A DNA stretch of 63,706 nucleotides, counting the filler, from Sphacelaria rigidula (Eukaryota): the NCBI GenBank assembly GCA_964200075.2. It is 8 parts of 8 records of this genome, joined end to end, with 100 filler letters (N's around TTAATTAATTAA, not from the genome) between each part and the next. Parts side by side here need not be neighbours in the genome. Positions count along the whole stretch, not along the records: positions 55,832 to 63,706 come from CAXNAA020013142.1; 7 more parts are not named here. One strand, 5' to 3'. Positions 61,173-63,706 of the stretch are shown piece by piece. Made by a program: the position numbers and the translations under genes. Within the stretch, counting starts at the first letter, position 1, and the number at the start of each line of letters is the position of its first letter. The notes below the pieces were generated by a model. The model was given only the letters and a program-made list of their open reading frames with translations, searched no databases and was not told where the DNA came from.

Positions 61173-61219
<47 letters not shown>
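61122..61219. repeat. (TGC)n and (GT)n microsatellites in the Mpv17 3' UTR region
   Basis: Directly visible. Similar SSRs lie at 6765-6790 (GCA), 40378-40404 (GT), 59828-59850 (TTG) and 25885-25945 (hexamers). Confidence 0.9.
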
Positions 61220-61220
<1 letters not shown>

Positions 61221-61995
61221 AACTGTTCTGTGAGAGCGGGATATCTCTAGGGGATACTGTATAAAGTAGTTTGATTCTCAAGCAAACGGAGCGCGCTTTT
61301 AGTGTAATGTTTCTGGTTTTGTTTTGTTTTCCCACGTGACACCACGTACGGTCAGTTGTAGCACCTAGTTTCATTTTGTTTGTTTTTCCCCTGCAGTGGC
61401 GGGCGCAGAGAAGCGGCCCAACATGAAGAAACAAAATGAAGGAAGTACGACATGTACACGCATGCCGTAGGTTTTTGCCACCATATTTATACCGTGGGCG
61501 ATGATAGTCGCAATCTCGACCTTCTCGTGAACTGCGACGGCCCCCATGCCCAATTGTGTCGTTGAAAACATGTTGATCTGGGGGGTGAACACGATCTTCT
61601 ACAACAGTGCAGGGCCGTTCCTTGTCCACAGGGAAAGTTGAGGTCGGGTCTCCTCGTCGCTCCACCGGATAACATTTGTCGGCTTACGGTATGGCTGGAT
61701 ACCCCGTTGTTGGTGGCGGATGTGCGGAGAGGTCCGGACGACTAGTTTGCTGGTCACAACCATTTTTCTGTTCTCGAGAAGGCCTGGACCTTGCAGTTTC
61801 CCCCACAACGCTGCTGTTGAAAAATGGGGAGAAAAAAACAGTGAGGGACGCTTCATCGTGAGATACCGAAAATACAGATTTATTCCCTCGGCGTGTCCGG
61901 TCAGGCACGGCGCGTCGTAATTTCGAGAAAAGATTGACGCTTGTTCAAAAAATATTCATTTGCTTTCCACCGGTGTCGGTGTTATGCTCCATGAA

Positions 61996-62113
61996 CCCTT
62001 TTGGAACCCATTGACGATTTTTGTTTTTGTGAATCGGCATCATTTTCAGTCATTTTCAAGTCAAAATAATGCCAATTCACAAGAACAAAAGTCGTCAACG
62101 GGTTCACAAAGGG
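61996..62113. mobile_element. 118-bp palindromic piggyBac-like MITE (TGAA|CCC...GGG|TGAA)
   Basis: Nearly the whole element is an inverted repeat: cccttttggaacccattgacgatttttgtttttgtgaatcggcatcatttt / aaaataatgccaattcacaagaacaaaagtcgtcaacgggttcacaaaggg. The 4-bp flanks are identical. Confidence 0.75.
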
Positions 62114-62997
62114 TGAACCACGGTACGGTACTGCTACTCCTCGTTGCACGGTCGTCCAGCTGAGATCACTCTTTCTTGTTGCTGGTGGTACATAGCAAGT
62201 CGCCGACTTTAACGGTGACGTCGGCCAGAGACGAACAAGCGACGACAAACGCACCTATTCCAGCCGTGTAGTTTGGCGGTGAGTTTCGGTAGGCGTGTGG
62301 TGGTGCGAGCGAATGTGTCACACGTCGGACAGGTCATGAGCTACCTGGATATTACTTGTTATTAGAGTACTGATCCGAATCACGAGCTAGCTCATTTAGC
62401 CACTATTTCCGTATTAGCTCCCGAAAGCGATGTACGGCAAGCACGCAATGTACAGTAGCGGGAAGGTAACGCTTTGGCTTCTCGGACACTGCTGTCACGT
62501 CTTTACGGGGTTTTGTACAATGGATCTAAGAGTTATCTTCGATTACTTATTTCAGGTACCTGATAGTGAGTTGATGCACGGGCGATGGAGGATTCCGTGC
62601 GCGCGCTGCGGCGAGTATCAACCGGACTCTTGTGTTGTATAGGATTTTTTATTTGTGATCATTTTCTCCGAACATGTAAGCAGGGGGTAGCTCCAGCAGG
62701 ATTTGTCGTGTTGGGGGATGCCCCTCTGGCGTAGGCTGTCGGACTTTTGCGGCGATACAGAGTGCGACGGACGTTGAAAATAACTCTCATGTAGAGCGAC
62801 GCTCAGCGTCTCATTCTCTCTCTCCGATTTCAGCAGAAATGCTTGAATCCAATTTCATTCTGTTCCGAAGAGGTGCAAAACACCAATTTTGTGCTATATT
62901 TGAAGTTGTTATTTTGCACAGGTACAGGAGTAGGAGGCACCCAAGGTACCCCTACTGTTATCCTCTGCCAAAAGGGACTGCAGGTACATTGCTGTAC

Positions 62998-63115
62998 AGT
63001 GTGTGTGTTGTGTTGTCGTCCCATTTATTCTGGGCGCCAATCTACCTCTTTCGGGATATGTGGGCACATCGGCCGGGGTCACACAGGAGGAAGGTCAACA
63101 CAGGAGCTTTTTCTT
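62998..63115 (-). mobile_element. 3' fragment of the tRNA-SINE family
   Basis: gtcgtcccatttattctgggcgcc...ggggtcacacaggaggaaggtcaacacaggag matches 39610-39712 and the reverse complement of 6651-6733. Confidence 0.7.
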
Positions 63116-63706
63116 TGTGTTAAGAAAGCAGGCAGCTTGCTTGGAGGCCGGATGTAGGCATGGTGCTTGTCGAGGCAGTTTCTTATTATTCTGAGGTGCA
63201 GTGCATTCTTGAAGATTAATACCTGCCGACCCCCTTGCACTTTTCGATCTCCCATCATTATTTTCCCCTTGAGTTCAGCATAAATACTTACCCATAAGTT
63301 CTCGATGAAAAAAAAAAGGCTGAGATTCCTAACTACGAAATTCTCAACATCTGTCGCGCTCTGAATCTACTGAAAGATCCGTTAAGCCCGGTTCATTTGT
63401 GAAATGAAGCTCGCGTCGCCGCTGCTGGGTCCGTTTTATGAGAAAGCGGTTTCCCGATTGTTGTTCTTGTTCTAACACGGGATCTTACAAATTGGGGATG
63501 GATCTTTTCTTGGGAATGAGAAACCCGGAGGATTAAAATCTTCGTATCCACACCGAATCTTCGAAATATGATTTCATTTCTACATCCACTGATAGCTATT
63601 GACAACTGCTACACCCCATATCAATTTGGATTTCGATCACCGAAGAGTCATCCTACGATAGGGGGGGGGTATTTTGGGCCATTTGTTGCTCGAAATTTCG
63701 AGTCAG

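Noticed and set aside
1..63706. Functional cluster linking the DUSP, TPR, CFAP74, ISOC and Mpv17 genes
   Set aside because: The genes lie on different concatenated contigs, so their proximity is artificial.

Overview
This is eukaryotic, intron-rich nuclear DNA, most consistent with a brown alga (Phaeophyceae, stramenopile). The basis is small GT-AG exons, repeat-filled introns, signal peptide + 'AF' plastid pre-sequences and a flagellar CFAP74 gene; the taxon is an inference. The window is not one locus. It is eight contigs (six of 7876 bp, two of 7875 bp) joined by 44N-TTAATTAATTAA-44N linkers, so adjacency across linkers means nothing. Contig 1 has the first exons of an acetyl-CoA transporter (-) and a probable MTR4-like helicase (+), head-to-head, with a tRNA-derived SINE between them. 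Contig 2 has the 3' exons of a USP48/UBP26-like DUSP-domain gene. Contig 3 has the first exon of a plastid-targeted protein (-) head-to-head with a membrane-anchored TPR gene (+), whose first intron holds a decayed tyrosine-recombinase retrotransposon. Contig 4 has 11 3' exons of CFAP74. Contig 5 has a possible orphan gene (-) and an isochorismatase-family gene with a plastid-type leader (+). Contig 6 is almost all non-autonomous transposon sequence, including a 42-bp palindromic tandem array. Contig 7 has two decayed Ty1/copia elements in tandem sharing one LTR, with a half-tRNA-Met primer site. Contig 8 has an Mpv17/PMP22 gene. I found no CRISPR array, rRNA or true tRNA gene, and cannot support a novel multi-gene system. 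The best leads are the 42-bp array, the tandem copia, the YR relic with direct repeats, the plastid-leader ISOC gene and the piggyBac-like hairpin MITE family.
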